Assembly: GCA_035697365.1 (NCBI GenBank) | Contig: DASSDE010000781.1 | Location: 1-53,759 of the forward strand | Length of the DNA: 53,759 nt | Reading direction: 5' to 3' | Origin: Kribbella sp. | GTDB lineage: Bacteria > Actinomycetota > Actinomycetes > Propionibacteriales > Kribbellaceae | The notes under the pieces: generated by a model | The model's database searches: none | Seen by the model: only the letters and a program-made list of their open reading frames with translations | Told to the model about the DNA's origin: nothing | Translations under genes and position numbers: made by a program | Part shown: positions 16,482-25,304 of the stretch, one piece after another | Numbering within the stretch: the first letter of the stretch is position 1 | How the letters are laid out: the number at the start of each line of letters is the position of its first letter

Positions 16482-17162
16482 ATGCAGAACTCGATCACCG
16501 TGGTCGTCGTCGACGGCCACACCCTGACCAGATACGGACTGACGAGGCTGGTCAGCGCCGATGCCGAGATCACGGTCGTCGGCGAGTGCGGTCTCGCGGC
16601 CGAGGCGTCGGCGCTGGTCGCGTCCGTCCGGCCGAACGTCGTGATCCTGGACGTCGCACTGCCGGACGGCGACGGTCTCGAGCTGGCCCGCGAGCTCAGG
16701 GACCGGTACTCCGACCTCGGCATCGTCGTGCTCACCGGCCAGTCCGGAGACGGTGTGCTGTTCCGGGCGCTGGAGACCGGCGTGTCCGCGTTCGTCGACA
16801 AGACCGCCCCGAATCCCGAGGTCCTCGCGGCGATCCGGCATGCGGCGGTCGCGGCAGCGTCCTTCACGGCGACCGGCCTCGGGCCGGCACTCGCCCGCCG
16901 CGGACAGCCTGTCCTCACCAGGCAGGTGGCTGCCGGTCCGTCGTGCGCGACGCTCAGCCCGCGTGAACTCGAGGTCCTCTCGCTGCTGGCCACCGGAATG
17001 TCGGTGCCGGCGATCGCCGCCACGATGTTCGTGAGCCTGTCGACCGCGAAGACCTACGTGTCCCGCCTGTACGAGAAGCTGGGCGCCACGAACCGCGCCA
17101 ACGCCATCATGACCGCAATGCGACTGCGCCTCCTCCAGTCCGAGCTCAGCGCCTCGGCCTGA
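16482..17162 (+). CDS. NarL/LuxR family response regulator 2 (orphan, paralogue of regulator 1)
   Basis: ATG 16482 after GGGGGAA; same architecture and many identical blocks. Confidence 0.92.
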   Translation: MQNSITVVVVDGHTLTRYGLTRLVSADAEITVVGECGLAAEASALVASVRPNVVILDVALPDGDGLELARELRDRYSDLGIVVLTGQSGDGVLFRALETGVSAFVDKTAPNPEVLAAIRHAAVAAASFTATGLGPALARRGQPVLTRQVAAGPSCATLSPRELEVLSLLATGMSVPAIAATMFVSLSTAKTYVSRLYEKLGATNRANAIMTAMRLRLLQSELSASA

Positions 17163-17197
17163 ACCTCAGGGGCGGCCGTCGGCCGGGTAGCGGTGGA

Positions 17198-17329
17198 TCA
17201 TCGCAGCAGTAGCGTGACGGTCAGGACCGCGAAGACGCAGATCACCGCGATCGCGATCACGCGGATCACGATCCGTAACAGCAGGGCCCACCAGGGGACC
17301 TTTTCGGTGTCCGTACTGGACCTTGTCAT
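17198..17329 (-). CDS. 43-aa single-pass membrane protein (not in ORF track)
   Basis: MTRSSTDTEKVPWWALLLRIVIRVIAIAVICVFAVLTVTLLLR*; AAGGGAG RBS; mostly G/C third positions. Confidence 0.65.
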   Translation of the reverse strand: MTRSSTDTEKVPWWALLLRIVIRVIAIAVICVFAVLTVTLLLR

Positions 17330-17384
17330 GGCTGGCTCCCTTCGCGCACACCTCCAGCAGACGCCTGACTGCGCAGACTCGGGA

Positions 17385-17421
17385 GGGCAGAAGTGCCCAC
17401 CTTGCGTGGACCGGACGGCCC
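17385..17421. promoter_or_regulatory. Tandem DosR/OsdR-like boxes upstream of the Acg gene
   Basis: GGGCAGAAGTGCCC (17385) and GGACCGGACGGCCC (17408), 23-bp period. Confidence 0.6.
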
Positions 17422-17496
17422 TGTGAGTGGACGGCGGTGAGCAGTTGGCTCAAGGAGCAAGGACTCGTTCGGGTCGATGCGAAGGGTGTGATGGTC

Positions 17497-18495
17497 ATGA
17501 TGACGGACGCTGATCGGCAGGCGCTGCTGCAGGCGGCGGTGACGGCGCCGTCGATGCACAACACCCAGCCATGGCGGTTCCGGTTCGTGGGCCGGACGGT
17601 GGAGGTCTATCGCGATCGGCGCCGTGAACTGCCGGCGGAGGACCCGTCGCGGCGGATGTTGTTCGTTTCGCTCGGGGCCGCGATCTTCAACCTGCGGGTG
17701 GCTGCCGCGGCCCAGGGGATGGGGTCGCAGGTGCGCCACCTGGTCGATCAGCGGCGGCCCGACCTGGTCGCGATCGTGGAACTCGACGGACCCGCAAACC
17801 AGTCGATGGCCGCGCTCGCCCCGTCGCTGACGCGGCGCCGGACGAATCGTGAGCCGTTCAGCGATGAGCAGCTGCCGCCGCAGCTCCGCGTCGAGCTGGA
17901 CCTGTGCGCGCGGGTCGAAGGCGCCGTACTGCAGTGGATCGACAAGCCGGCCCGCCGCTGGTGGTTGCGGATAGCAACGAACGACGCGATGACAGCGGAC
18001 GACGAGGACGCGGCCCGGACCGCCGAGCGGCGGCAGTGGGTAGGTGGCGACCGGGCGCTCGACGGCATCCCGTCGAGCGCACTGGGCTCCCGGGTTGCCG
18101 GTGGCGACCCGGTGGTGCGGGACATGGCTGCCACGGCCGCCGACGCGGGCAGACCGGTCGCCGACTTCGAGCGGGAGCCACAGTTCGCCGTACTGGCAAC
18201 TCGCTACGACGGACCGATCGAGTGGCTGCGAGCCGGACAGGCGCTGGAACACGTGCTGCTGGAGGCAACAACGCGTGGTGTGGCGACCTCACTGCTGAAT
18301 CAGGCGATCGAGCACGAGGAGCTGCGGAACGAGATCAACGATCCACTCGGACCGTGGCAGCGGCCACAGGTGGTGATCCGCTTCGGGTACGGCGTGCAGG
18401 TCCCGCCGACACCGCGCCGCCCGGCGGCCGACGTGCTGCTGGCGGAACCCACCCCCAGCCGGGGTGAGGACGTGTTCGATCAGGATGTTCCGTGA
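17497..18495 (+). CDS. Acg family FMN-binding nitroreductase-like protein
   Basis: APSMHNTQPWRF, SLGAAIFNLRVA, RRRTNREPF, WLRAGQALEHVLLEAT, RFGYG..TPRRP. Confidence 0.92.
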   Translation: MMTDADRQALLQAAVTAPSMHNTQPWRFRFVGRTVEVYRDRRRELPAEDPSRRMLFVSLGAAIFNLRVAAAAQGMGSQVRHLVDQRRPDLVAIVELDGPANQSMAALAPSLTRRRTNREPFSDEQLPPQLRVELDLCARVEGAVLQWIDKPARRWWLRIATNDAMTADDEDAARTAERRQWVGGDRALDGIPSSALGSRVAGGDPVVRDMAATAADAGRPVADFEREPQFAVLATRYDGPIEWLRAGQALEHVLLEATTRGVATSLLNQAIEHEELRNEINDPLGPWQRPQVVIRFGYGVQVPPTPRRPAADVLLAEPTPSRGEDVFDQDVP

Positions 18496-19280
18496 GCACT
18501 CCGGGCCGCAACGGTCGAGGCGAGCAGGCCGTAGTGGCCGTCGTACCTTGCGTACAGGGCTTGTAAACGACCGGTTTGGTGGTCCGCGTAGACATCGAAG
18601 GAAGCGCCGGTGAGGTCGAGGCGAGCCTTCGCCTGCACGAGACTGCTGCGCCGAAGTGCCGCGAGCGCGATCGGCGGTGCGGTGATCTCGAGGCCGATCG
18701 GGTTCGGCCGTGCCTGGAGGATCCGGTAGCCCCCGGCGCCGGCCCGGATCACGATGCTCTCCTGGTGGCTGTACCTCTCCCGGAAGAGGTGGAAGCGGTA
18801 GTCCATCGCCTCGAGGATCACGATCGCGGCGGTGACAGGCATCGTCGCCGGCTGACCGGTCTTGCGTCGGACGACGCGGCGGATCGAGGGCGGAAGCCGC
18901 TCAGGCGGCGTGGGCGGCGGCAGTGCGCCGGCACGTTGCCGGAGGCACTCGGCCAGTGCGTCGGGGAACAGGTCCAGCTGACCGATGAGTCGTGCCGCGA
19001 CCAGGCCGACGACCTCGGACATGGTTGCGGCGGCGACCTGAGCGCGCGCCCGCCGCCCCGCGGTCAGCTGTACGTTGACCTGCGCGACCAGCGGCCTCAG
19101 GAGACCGGGTTCCGGCAGTCGAGTGAGCCGCACCCGGCTGCTCGTTGCCCAGGGCCCCAGGATCGGAGCCAGATGGTCCCGAATCACCGCCACCGCGTCG
19201 GTCGGCAGAATTCCCGCCGTACTGACCGGAATCGCCGTCGGCGTTCGCAACGGCACGGCAGCGTTGTTGTCTCTGCTCAT
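18480..19280 (-). CDS. HPF/S30AE-related ribosome hibernation factor (Rv0079/RafH-like)
   Basis: Degenerate HPF N-domain plus duplicated S30AE C-terminal domains (VVRRK..LEAMDYRFHLF; LYARYDGHYGLL). Confidence 0.75.
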   Translation of the reverse strand: MSRDNNAAVPLRTPTAIPVSTAGILPTDAVAVIRDHLAPILGPWATSSRVRLTRLPEPGLLRPLVAQVNVQLTAGRRARAQVAAATMSEVVGLVAARLIGQLDLFPDALAECLRQRAGALPPPTPPERLPPSIRRVVRRKTGQPATMPVTAAIVILEAMDYRFHLFRERYSHQESIVIRAGAGGYRILQARPNPIGLEITAPPIALAALRRSSLVQAKARLDLTGASFDVYADHQTGRLQALYARYDGHYGLLASTVAARSAHGTS

Positions 19281-19359
19281 CTCTTCCCCCCGGAAGTTCG
19301 CCTCTTCAGAGTCGCACATCAGCGGCGATTCCGGGGCAGGTCTCCTGGACCCGGAAACC

Positions 19360-19373
19360 GGGCCGATGGTCCC
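19360..19373. promoter_or_regulatory. DosR/OsdR-like box
   Basis: GGGCCGATGGTCCC in the divergent RafH-like/dedA region. Confidence 0.72.
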
Positions 19374-19408
19374 TGTTCTCAGCTGGCCGTTCGGAGGACG
19401 CTCGGGGT

Positions 19409-20026
19409 ATGAACGCGGTCTTCGACTGGCTCGCGAATCTGCCCACCTGGCTGGTGCTCACGGCTGTCTGCCTGCTCCCGGCCCTGGAGGCTTCGACCTT
19501 CCTGGGCCTGGTGGTGCCCGGCGAAACGGCGGTCATCATCGGCGGCGTGATCGCGCATGCCGGCGCGCTGCAGTTGTGGGTCGTCATGGTGGCGGCCGCG
19601 ATCGGTGCAGTGGCGGGCGACCAGGTGGGGTTCGTCGTCGGGCGCCGGTACGGTCCAGCGCTCCTCGGGCGACTGCCGGGCAGGCTGCGGCATCCGGAAC
19701 GGATCGAGCGCACCCTCGCGCTGATCCGGCGCCGCGGCGCCGTCGCGGTGGTTCTCGGCCGCTGGACCGCGGCCTTCCGGGCACTGGTGCCGGGGATCGC
19801 GGGCATGAGCCGGATGCGGCGGACGCACTTCACCGTCGCGAACGTCATCGGCGGCCTGATCTGGGCCGTCCTGGTGGCCGGCGGAGGCTACCTGGCCGGA
19901 GCCTCGTACAAGGCCCTCGAGAAACGCCTCGGCCTGGTGAGCGGCCTGCTCCTCGCCGCGTTCGTGGGCACGGTCGTTGCGGTCGTGGTGGTACGTCGTC
20001 GGCGCCACCGGCCGCGCCGCGGATGA
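19409..20026 (+). CDS. DedA family membrane protein
   Basis: LEASTFLGLVVPGET, GDQVGF, LGRW..RALVPGIAG. Confidence 0.92.
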   Translation: MNAVFDWLANLPTWLVLTAVCLLPALEASTFLGLVVPGETAVIIGGVIAHAGALQLWVVMVAAAIGAVAGDQVGFVVGRRYGPALLGRLPGRLRHPERIERTLALIRRRGAVAVVLGRWTAAFRALVPGIAGMSRMRRTHFTVANVIGGLIWAVLVAGGGYLAGASYKALEKRLGLVSGLLLAAFVGTVVAVVVVRRRRHRPRRG

Positions 20027-20112
20027 GCGCGCCGGGCTGGGGCGTTCCAAGAATTCCCCAAGATCGGGCTGCCAGCCTGGGCGTTCCGAACCGGTCCGAC
20101 TGAGGGAAAGTG

Positions 20113-20604
20113 ATGCAGACAGTCAACGGGCTCCCCGCCCACGTGCTCCTCGTGCACGCCATCGTCGTTCTCCTACCGCTCTGCGCGGCCCTGCTGGCGC
20201 TGACCGCGCTGTGGCCGGCAGCCAGGCGCCGGCTCGCCGGCCCGAACGCGATCCTGTCGGTGTTCGTGGTCGTGCTGGTGCCGATCACAACCAGCGCCGG
20301 CGAGTGGTTGGAGCACCGGCTGACACCCGATCCACTGATTCGTCGGCACACCGAGCTCGGCGACACGGCCATCTACGCGGCGATCGCGGTCGCCGTGCTG
20401 GCAGTCGTCGTCTGGTGGCGACAGCGCGAGAGCACCGGACGAACACCAGCCAAGCGCACCTTTCTGGCGCCCGCTTCACGCGCCGTCACGGGAACGCTGA
20501 CGGTTGTCGCCCTTGTGGTCTCGGCCGCGGCAGTGTACGACGTCGTACGCATCGGCGACTCCGGCGCGAAGGCGAGCTGGAACAACTGGGCCGCTCACCG
20601 CTGA
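20113..20604 (+). CDS. DUF2231-like membrane protein
   Basis: NGLPAHVLLVHAIVVLLP, SAGEWL, HTELGD, IGDSGAKASW. Confidence 0.8.
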   Translation: MQTVNGLPAHVLLVHAIVVLLPLCAALLALTALWPAARRRLAGPNAILSVFVVVLVPITTSAGEWLEHRLTPDPLIRRHTELGDTAIYAAIAVAVLAVVVWWRQRESTGRTPAKRTFLAPASRAVTGTLTVVALVVSAAAVYDVVRIGDSGAKASWNNWAAHR

Positions 20605-20650
20605 CCGACTCTGATCGCGGTGGGCAGGGTGGGCAAGCGTGTGGGCACGG

Positions 20651-21448
20651 TCAGTGGGCGGTGGAGATGTCGCGGCCGTCGAGCGCGGGGAGCGCGAGCA
20701 AGGTCAGGACGACTGTGCCTGCGATGAGCCACAGGTAGCTGAGTTGGAGGCCTGCGCCGAGGGGGCCGCTGTGGAACGCCTGGTGGATGGGGGAGTACGG
20801 CTGCCAGGACTCGAAGCGGGGCAGGATCAGCCCGGCGGCGTACACGACGTACGCGGCCGCTGCGGCCGCCGCGGCGAGGCCGATGGCGGTGGTGCGGCGG
20901 CCCGTGACGGCGCCGATGGTGAGCGCGAGGACGCCGTACTCGAGACCGAGCAACGCCATCGCGAGGGCACCACTCGCCGCCGCCGCCGCGGAGATCCCCA
21001 GACCGAAGATCAGACTGCCGATGCCGCTAGCCGCGAAGAGGACCGTGCCCAGGGCAACGACCGAGACTGCCAGCGCGAGGGCCTTGTCGAGAACGATCCG
21101 GGCGCCGGAGACCGGGGTGACCAGCAGCAGCTCCAGAGTGCCGCGTTCCTCCTCACCGGCGATCGCACGGGCGCCGTGACCGATGCTGTAGACCAGGAAC
21201 AGCCCGGGCAGCATCAGCGTGAACAACTCGGCGTTCAGGAAGCCGTTCCCGGTCGTCATCGCGTCCAGGTCGAAGAACTTTCGCAGCTCCTCGGGGAACG
21301 ACTGCGACAGCTGCTGGAGGTCCGGCATGTCCCGGACGGACGGCCACAGAGCGCACTCCAGCAGCACGAGGACGGCGATCGCGATCGACCACCCGACCAG
21401 CCCGCGGCGGGCGTCGTACAGCGACTTGAGGAAGACGTTGCCGAACAT
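20651..21448 (-). CDS. ABC-2 type transporter permease
   Basis: Six TM; IAGEEERGTLELLLVTPVS; coupled to the upstream ATPase (alternative GTG 21457). Confidence 0.9.
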   Translation of the reverse strand: MFGNVFLKSLYDARRGLVGWSIAIAVLVLLECALWPSVRDMPDLQQLSQSFPEELRKFFDLDAMTTGNGFLNAELFTLMLPGLFLVYSIGHGARAIAGEEERGTLELLLVTPVSGARIVLDKALALAVSVVALGTVLFAASGIGSLIFGLGISAAAAASGALAMALLGLEYGVLALTIGAVTGRRTTAIGLAAAAAAAAYVVYAAGLILPRFESWQPYSPIHQAFHSGPLGAGLQLSYLWLIAGTVVLTLLALPALDGRDISTAH

Positions 21449-21453
21449 GGCTT

Positions 21454-22344
21454 TCACCTCTGCCCGTCGTAGTAGTCCAGGAACGCCGCCTCGAGATCGG
21501 CCTCGTGGCTGAGCACGTTGGTGACGTCGAACGGCGCTATCGCCCTGATCAGCTCGGCGGTCGATCCGGTGATCGTGACGCGGGCAGTGTGCCCGTCGAC
21601 GGCTACTTCCTCGACGCCCGGTACGGCATGCATCCGGCCGGCCGGCGGCGTGTCCGCGAAGGTCAGATCGAGACACCGCCGGGCGCGGTCCTTCAGCATC
21701 TGCACCGACTGGACTGTGACCAGGCGCCCGGCGCGCAGGATCGCGACCGTGTCGGCGACTGCCTCGACCTCGGACAGCACGTGGGAGGACAGGAACACGG
21801 TCCGGCCGGCGTCGCGGGTCTCGCGGAGCAGCGCCCGGAACTCCCGCTGCATCAGCGGATCGAGGCCGGAGGTCGGTTCGTCGAGGAGCAGCAGCTCCGG
21901 CTCGTGCATGAACGCCTGCACGATCCCGACCTTCTGCCGGTTGCCGCGCGACAACGCGCCGATGCGTACGCCGAGGTCCAGGTCGAACCGCTTCGCGAGC
22001 AGCTTGATGTGCTCCCGGTCTACGCCGCCGTACAGGTGCGCGAAGTACTCCAGGTACTGCGCTCCGGTCAGGTCGGGATACGCCACGAAATCGCCCGGCA
22101 GGTAGCCGATCCGTCGCTGCAGCGCGTCGTACTGATCGGCGGCGTCGAACCCGAACACGATTGCGGACCCCGAGGTCGGGCGGACGAGCCCGGCGAGCAG
22201 GCGGATCGTGGTGGTCTTGCCGGCCCCGTTCGGCCCGAGGTATCCGACGATCGCGCCGGCCGGGATGTCGAGGTCCAGCTTGTCGAGCGCGGTCCGGCGG
22301 CCGAAGCGCTTGGTCAGCCCGCGCGTCTTGATGACGGTGTCCAT
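21454..22344 (-). CDS. ABC transporter ATP-binding protein
   Basis: GPNGAGKTT, LSRGN, LLLDEPTSGLD, SSH. Confidence 0.93.
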   Translation of the reverse strand: MDTVIKTRGLTKRFGRRTALDKLDLDIPAGAIVGYLGPNGAGKTTTIRLLAGLVRPTSGSAIVFGFDAADQYDALQRRIGYLPGDFVAYPDLTGAQYLEYFAHLYGGVDREHIKLLAKRFDLDLGVRIGALSRGNRQKVGIVQAFMHEPELLLLDEPTSGLDPLMQREFRALLRETRDAGRTVFLSSHVLSEVEAVADTVAILRAGRLVTVQSVQMLKDRARRCLDLTFADTPPAGRMHAVPGVEEVAVDGHTARVTITGSTAELIRAIAPFDVTNVLSHEADLEAAFLDYYDGQR

Positions 22345-22438
22345 GGCAGCGCTCCTGACGGTGGACGACGGATGGACGTGGCACCTCCTGGGGCTCGTCC
22401 TGCAGCTCCAGTCAAACCGTGGGAAGGCACCGTGGGCA

Positions 22439-22452
22439 GGGCCGAAGGTCCC
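22439..22452. promoter_or_regulatory. DosR/OsdR-like box
   Basis: GGGCCGAAGGTCCC in the divergent ABC/ADH region. Confidence 0.72.
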
Positions 22453-22537
22453 GCCGAAGAGTGCGGTTCGGCCGCTGCCGCGGCCGGTCGGGCGGACCAG
22501 TGTCGAGGGTGGGAAGTCTCGTTCAGGGAGGTTCGTG

Positions 22538-23590
22538 ATGAAGGCATTGGTGTACAACGGTCCGGGGCAGCGGAGCTGGCGCGAGGTGCCGGATCCGGTG
22601 ATCCAGGATCCCGAGGATGCGATCGTCCGCGTCGACGCGGTGACGATCTGCGGCACCGATCTGCACATCCTGAAGGGCGATGTGCCGACGGTCCAGCCGG
22701 GGCGGATCCTCGGCCACGAGGCGGTCGGCACGATCACCGAAGTCGGTACCGGTGTGCGCGGTGTGGCGATCGGCGATCGGGTGCTGATCTCGTGCATCAC
22801 GGCGTGCGGCCGGTGTGAGTACTGCAGGCAAGGTCATTACGGTCAGTGCCTCGGTGGCGGCGGCTGGATCCTCGGTCACCTGATCGACGGCACGCAGGCG
22901 GAGTTGGTACGGGTCCCGTTCGCGGACCGGTCGGTGTACAAGCTGCCGGACAACGTCACCAATGAGGAGGCCGTGCTGCTGGCCGACATCCTGCCGACGT
23001 CGTACGAGGTCGGCGTACTCAACGGCAAGGTGTCCCCGGGTGACACCGTGGTGATCGTCGGGGCCGGTCCGATCGGGTTGGCGGCGTTGGCGACGAGCAA
23101 GCTGTTCACGCCGTCACATGTCGTCGTGGTCGACGCGGCCGACTCGCGACGCAAGGCTGCGCTGGAGCGGGGCGCTGACCTGGCACTCGGCCCGGACGAG
23201 GACGTGGTGACGAAGATCCGCGAGCTGACCGGCGGACTCGGCGCGGACGTCGCGATCGAGGCGGTCGGCGTGCCGGCCACGTTCGAGCTGTGTACGCAGG
23301 TAGTTCGCCCTGGCGGTACGGTCGCGAACGTCGGTGTCCACGGTGCGCCGGCGACGCTGCACCTGGAGGACCTGTGGATCAAGAACGTGACCATCACGAC
23401 CGGTCTGGTCGACACGTTCTCGACACCGCGGCTGTTGTCGATGCTCGCAGCCGGGCGGTTGCAGCTGCCGGGCCTGATCACGCACCGTTTCGGGCTGGAC
23501 GAGATGCAGGACGCGTATGACGTGTTCGCCGACCCGGCCACGACCGGAGCTCTGAAGGTCGCCCTGTTCGGCGACAAGGGATTCGAGTAG
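22538..23590 (+). CDS. Zinc-dependent alcohol dehydrogenase (MDR family)
   Basis: CGTDLH, GHE, CGRCEYC..C, GAGPIG; GGGAGG RBS. Confidence 0.93.
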   Translation: MKALVYNGPGQRSWREVPDPVIQDPEDAIVRVDAVTICGTDLHILKGDVPTVQPGRILGHEAVGTITEVGTGVRGVAIGDRVLISCITACGRCEYCRQGHYGQCLGGGGWILGHLIDGTQAELVRVPFADRSVYKLPDNVTNEEAVLLADILPTSYEVGVLNGKVSPGDTVVIVGAGPIGLAALATSKLFTPSHVVVVDAADSRRKAALERGADLALGPDEDVVTKIRELTGGLGADVAIEAVGVPATFELCTQVVRPGGTVANVGVHGAPATLHLEDLWIKNVTITTGLVDTFSTPRLLSMLAAGRLQLPGLITHRFGLDEMQDAYDVFADPATTGALKVALFGDKGFE

Positions 23591-23598
23591 CAGGGAGA

Positions 23599-23633
23599 GC
23601 CGCGGTCCACGACCAGCTGTCGTGGACCGCGGC
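23599..23633. terminator. Perfect 15-bp hairpin between convergent genes
   Basis: GCCGCGGTCCACGAC-CAGCT-GTCGTGGACCGCGGC followed by CTTCTT. Confidence 0.8.
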
Positions 23634-23654
23634 CTTCTTGGGTGCAGCCCGCGC

Positions 23655-24245
23655 TCAGCCGAGGAAGTGACCGGCCGGGTGCTTGGCCATGTGCTTCGGC
23701 GAATGTGTCGGCCCGTCCTCCGGGACGGGGCGGTGCCAGGTGCTGCGTTCGGTGGCGTCGAGGGCGGCACTGATGTCGGCGGCCCAGGTGCGGATCTTCG
23801 GCCAGTCGCGAGAGTCGGTCGCCAGATCACCGGTGGCGAGGTGGCGCGCCAGGAAGCCCTTGGCCGTAGCAGGATCGAGACGGCCCGCGAACGTGACCGC
23901 GGGGGACGCGCCGATCGCGTGCGCCAGACGGCGAACGGCTGGCGGCATTGCCTGGTCCTGCTCCCTGTCCGGTCCGACCGGGCCGCTGTGGAAGAGCCAG
24001 ACCTGGCGCTCACGGAGCGGGCCGACGTTGTGGCGGAGGAACCGTACGGCGTCGCGCCGCCACCGGCGGACGTAGAGCGCACTGCCCAGGATCACCACGT
24101 CGTACGCCGTGATGTCCGTGACCCGGCTGACGTCGAGCACGTCGACATCGTGGTGGTGTCCGCGCAACTCGGCGCCGATCGCCTCGGCGATCTGGGCGGT
24201 CGCATTCGACTTGCTGGCATAGGCGACCAGTACCTTCTTCGACAT
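23655..24245 (-). CDS. Flavodoxin-domain protein (HemG-like)
   Basis: VLVAYASKSNATAQIAEAI, YDVVILGSALY, WLFHSGP, DSRDW; GAGGAGG RBS. Confidence 0.85.
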   Translation of the reverse strand: MSKKVLVAYASKSNATAQIAEAIGAELRGHHHDVDVLDVSRVTDITAYDVVILGSALYVRRWRRDAVRFLRHNVGPLRERQVWLFHSGPVGPDREQDQAMPPAVRRLAHAIGASPAVTFAGRLDPATAKGFLARHLATGDLATDSRDWPKIRTWAADISAALDATERSTWHRPVPEDGPTHSPKHMAKHPAGHFLG

Positions 24246-24299
24246 CAGGACCTCCTCGAGCTCTCTGCCAGCACACCAGCCGACGGCGTGCCGGCGGCA

Positions 24300-24335
24300 G
24301 CGCCGAACGGCCCGGCTATGCGGGACCTTCGATTG
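24300..24335. promoter_or_regulatory. Tandem DosR/OsdR-like boxes upstream of the flavodoxin gene
   Basis: GCGCCGAACGGCCC (24300) and weaker GGGACCTTCGATTG (24322), 22-bp period. Confidence 0.45.
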
Positions 24336-25128
24336 CGGCACGGGGAATGACGGCGACCGGGCACGGCGCCTGGTGGAGCATGGTCTGGCTGACCGACCCG
24401 AGGAGCAGCCCGGCAAACCCACCACGCCCGCGCGAGCCGACCACGAGCAGCCGGGCGTCTGCGGACCACTCCAGCAGGAGCTCGGCCGGATGTCCCGTCA
24501 CCTCGACAACCTCGGCCTCACGGACGTGGGGGCGGATCGCCGTGAGCAGTTCGTGGTCGTCGTCTTCGCTCTCGTCGAGAACAGCGACGATCCGGGCCGG
24601 GAGGTCGTGGCGGCGGGCGTACGCGAGGCCGAAGTCGAGCGCGGCGTCGGCCGGCCGCGAGCCGTCGTACCCGATGACGACCTGACTGCCGGCGAGCGAG
24701 TCGTCGGCGGGCCGTACGACGACCACCGGGCAGTGTGCGTGCGTCGAGAGCTCGAGGCCCGCCGAGCTGACGACGAGTCCGAGCAGCCGTCCGGTGGTCC
24801 GGCTGCCGATCACTATCAGATCGGCGGTCCGGGACTCCGCGAGCAGTACGGGCGACGGGAAGCCGTCGACGCGGCGCCCTGTGATCGGCAGACCGGGCTC
24901 GAACTTCCGCGCCAGCTCGACGGCCTCCGCGACGATGCGGTCGGCCTGGGCTCGAAGCCCCGGCGCCAGGTCGCTCGCCCCGAGCGGTACCCGGAACTCC
25001 GTCCAGACGAAGGCGTGCACCAGGTGCAGCGCAGCTCCGCGCGCAGCCGCCTCGGCGGCGCCCCAGCGGATGGCGTTCTCACAGTCAGGGCGGCCGTCGA
25101 TGCCGACGACGACCTTCTCGGTACTCAT
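24316..25128 (-). CDS. Universal stress protein, two USP domains
   Basis: VVVGIDG..LIVIGSR..CPVVVV and VIGYDGS..VVGSRGRGGFAGLLLGSVS..CPVAVI. Confidence 0.93.
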   Translation of the reverse strand: MSTEKVVVGIDGRPDCENAIRWGAAEAAARGAALHLVHAFVWTEFRVPLGASDLAPGLRAQADRIVAEAVELARKFEPGLPITGRRVDGFPSPVLLAESRTADLIVIGSRTTGRLLGLVVSSAGLELSTHAHCPVVVVRPADDSLAGSQVVIGYDGSRPADAALDFGLAYARRHDLPARIVAVLDESEDDDHELLTAIRPHVREAEVVEVTGHPAELLLEWSADARLLVVGSRGRGGFAGLLLGSVSQTMLHQAPCPVAVIPRAAIEGPA

Positions 25129-25241
25129 CGCGTTCTCTGCCGCCAACTCGTGATCTCATGCATGCTCCCAAGCCTCGCGCGGGCCACCCGTGGCGGCCTA
25201 GAGGCGAAGGTCCTGACCCGGCTGGTGGACCTCGGGAGGCC

Positions 25242-25255
25242 GGGACCTTTGGCAC
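25242..25255. promoter_or_regulatory. DosR/OsdR-like box
   Basis: GGGACCTTTGGCAC, with a weaker copy GAGGCGAAGGTCCT at 25201, between divergent usp and ppdK. Confidence 0.6.
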
Positions 25256-25304
25256 TGTGGCGGGGGTGTCCGGACGGGGAGCGTGAGAGGCGGAGGTGGC
25301 ATCC

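Noticed and set aside
15640-17162. The two response regulators as the DosR orthologue binding the island boxes
   Set aside because: Their recognition helix STAKTY lacks the first Lys and the Asn of the DosR KTVKNY helix, and no GAF/haem kinase is adjacent.
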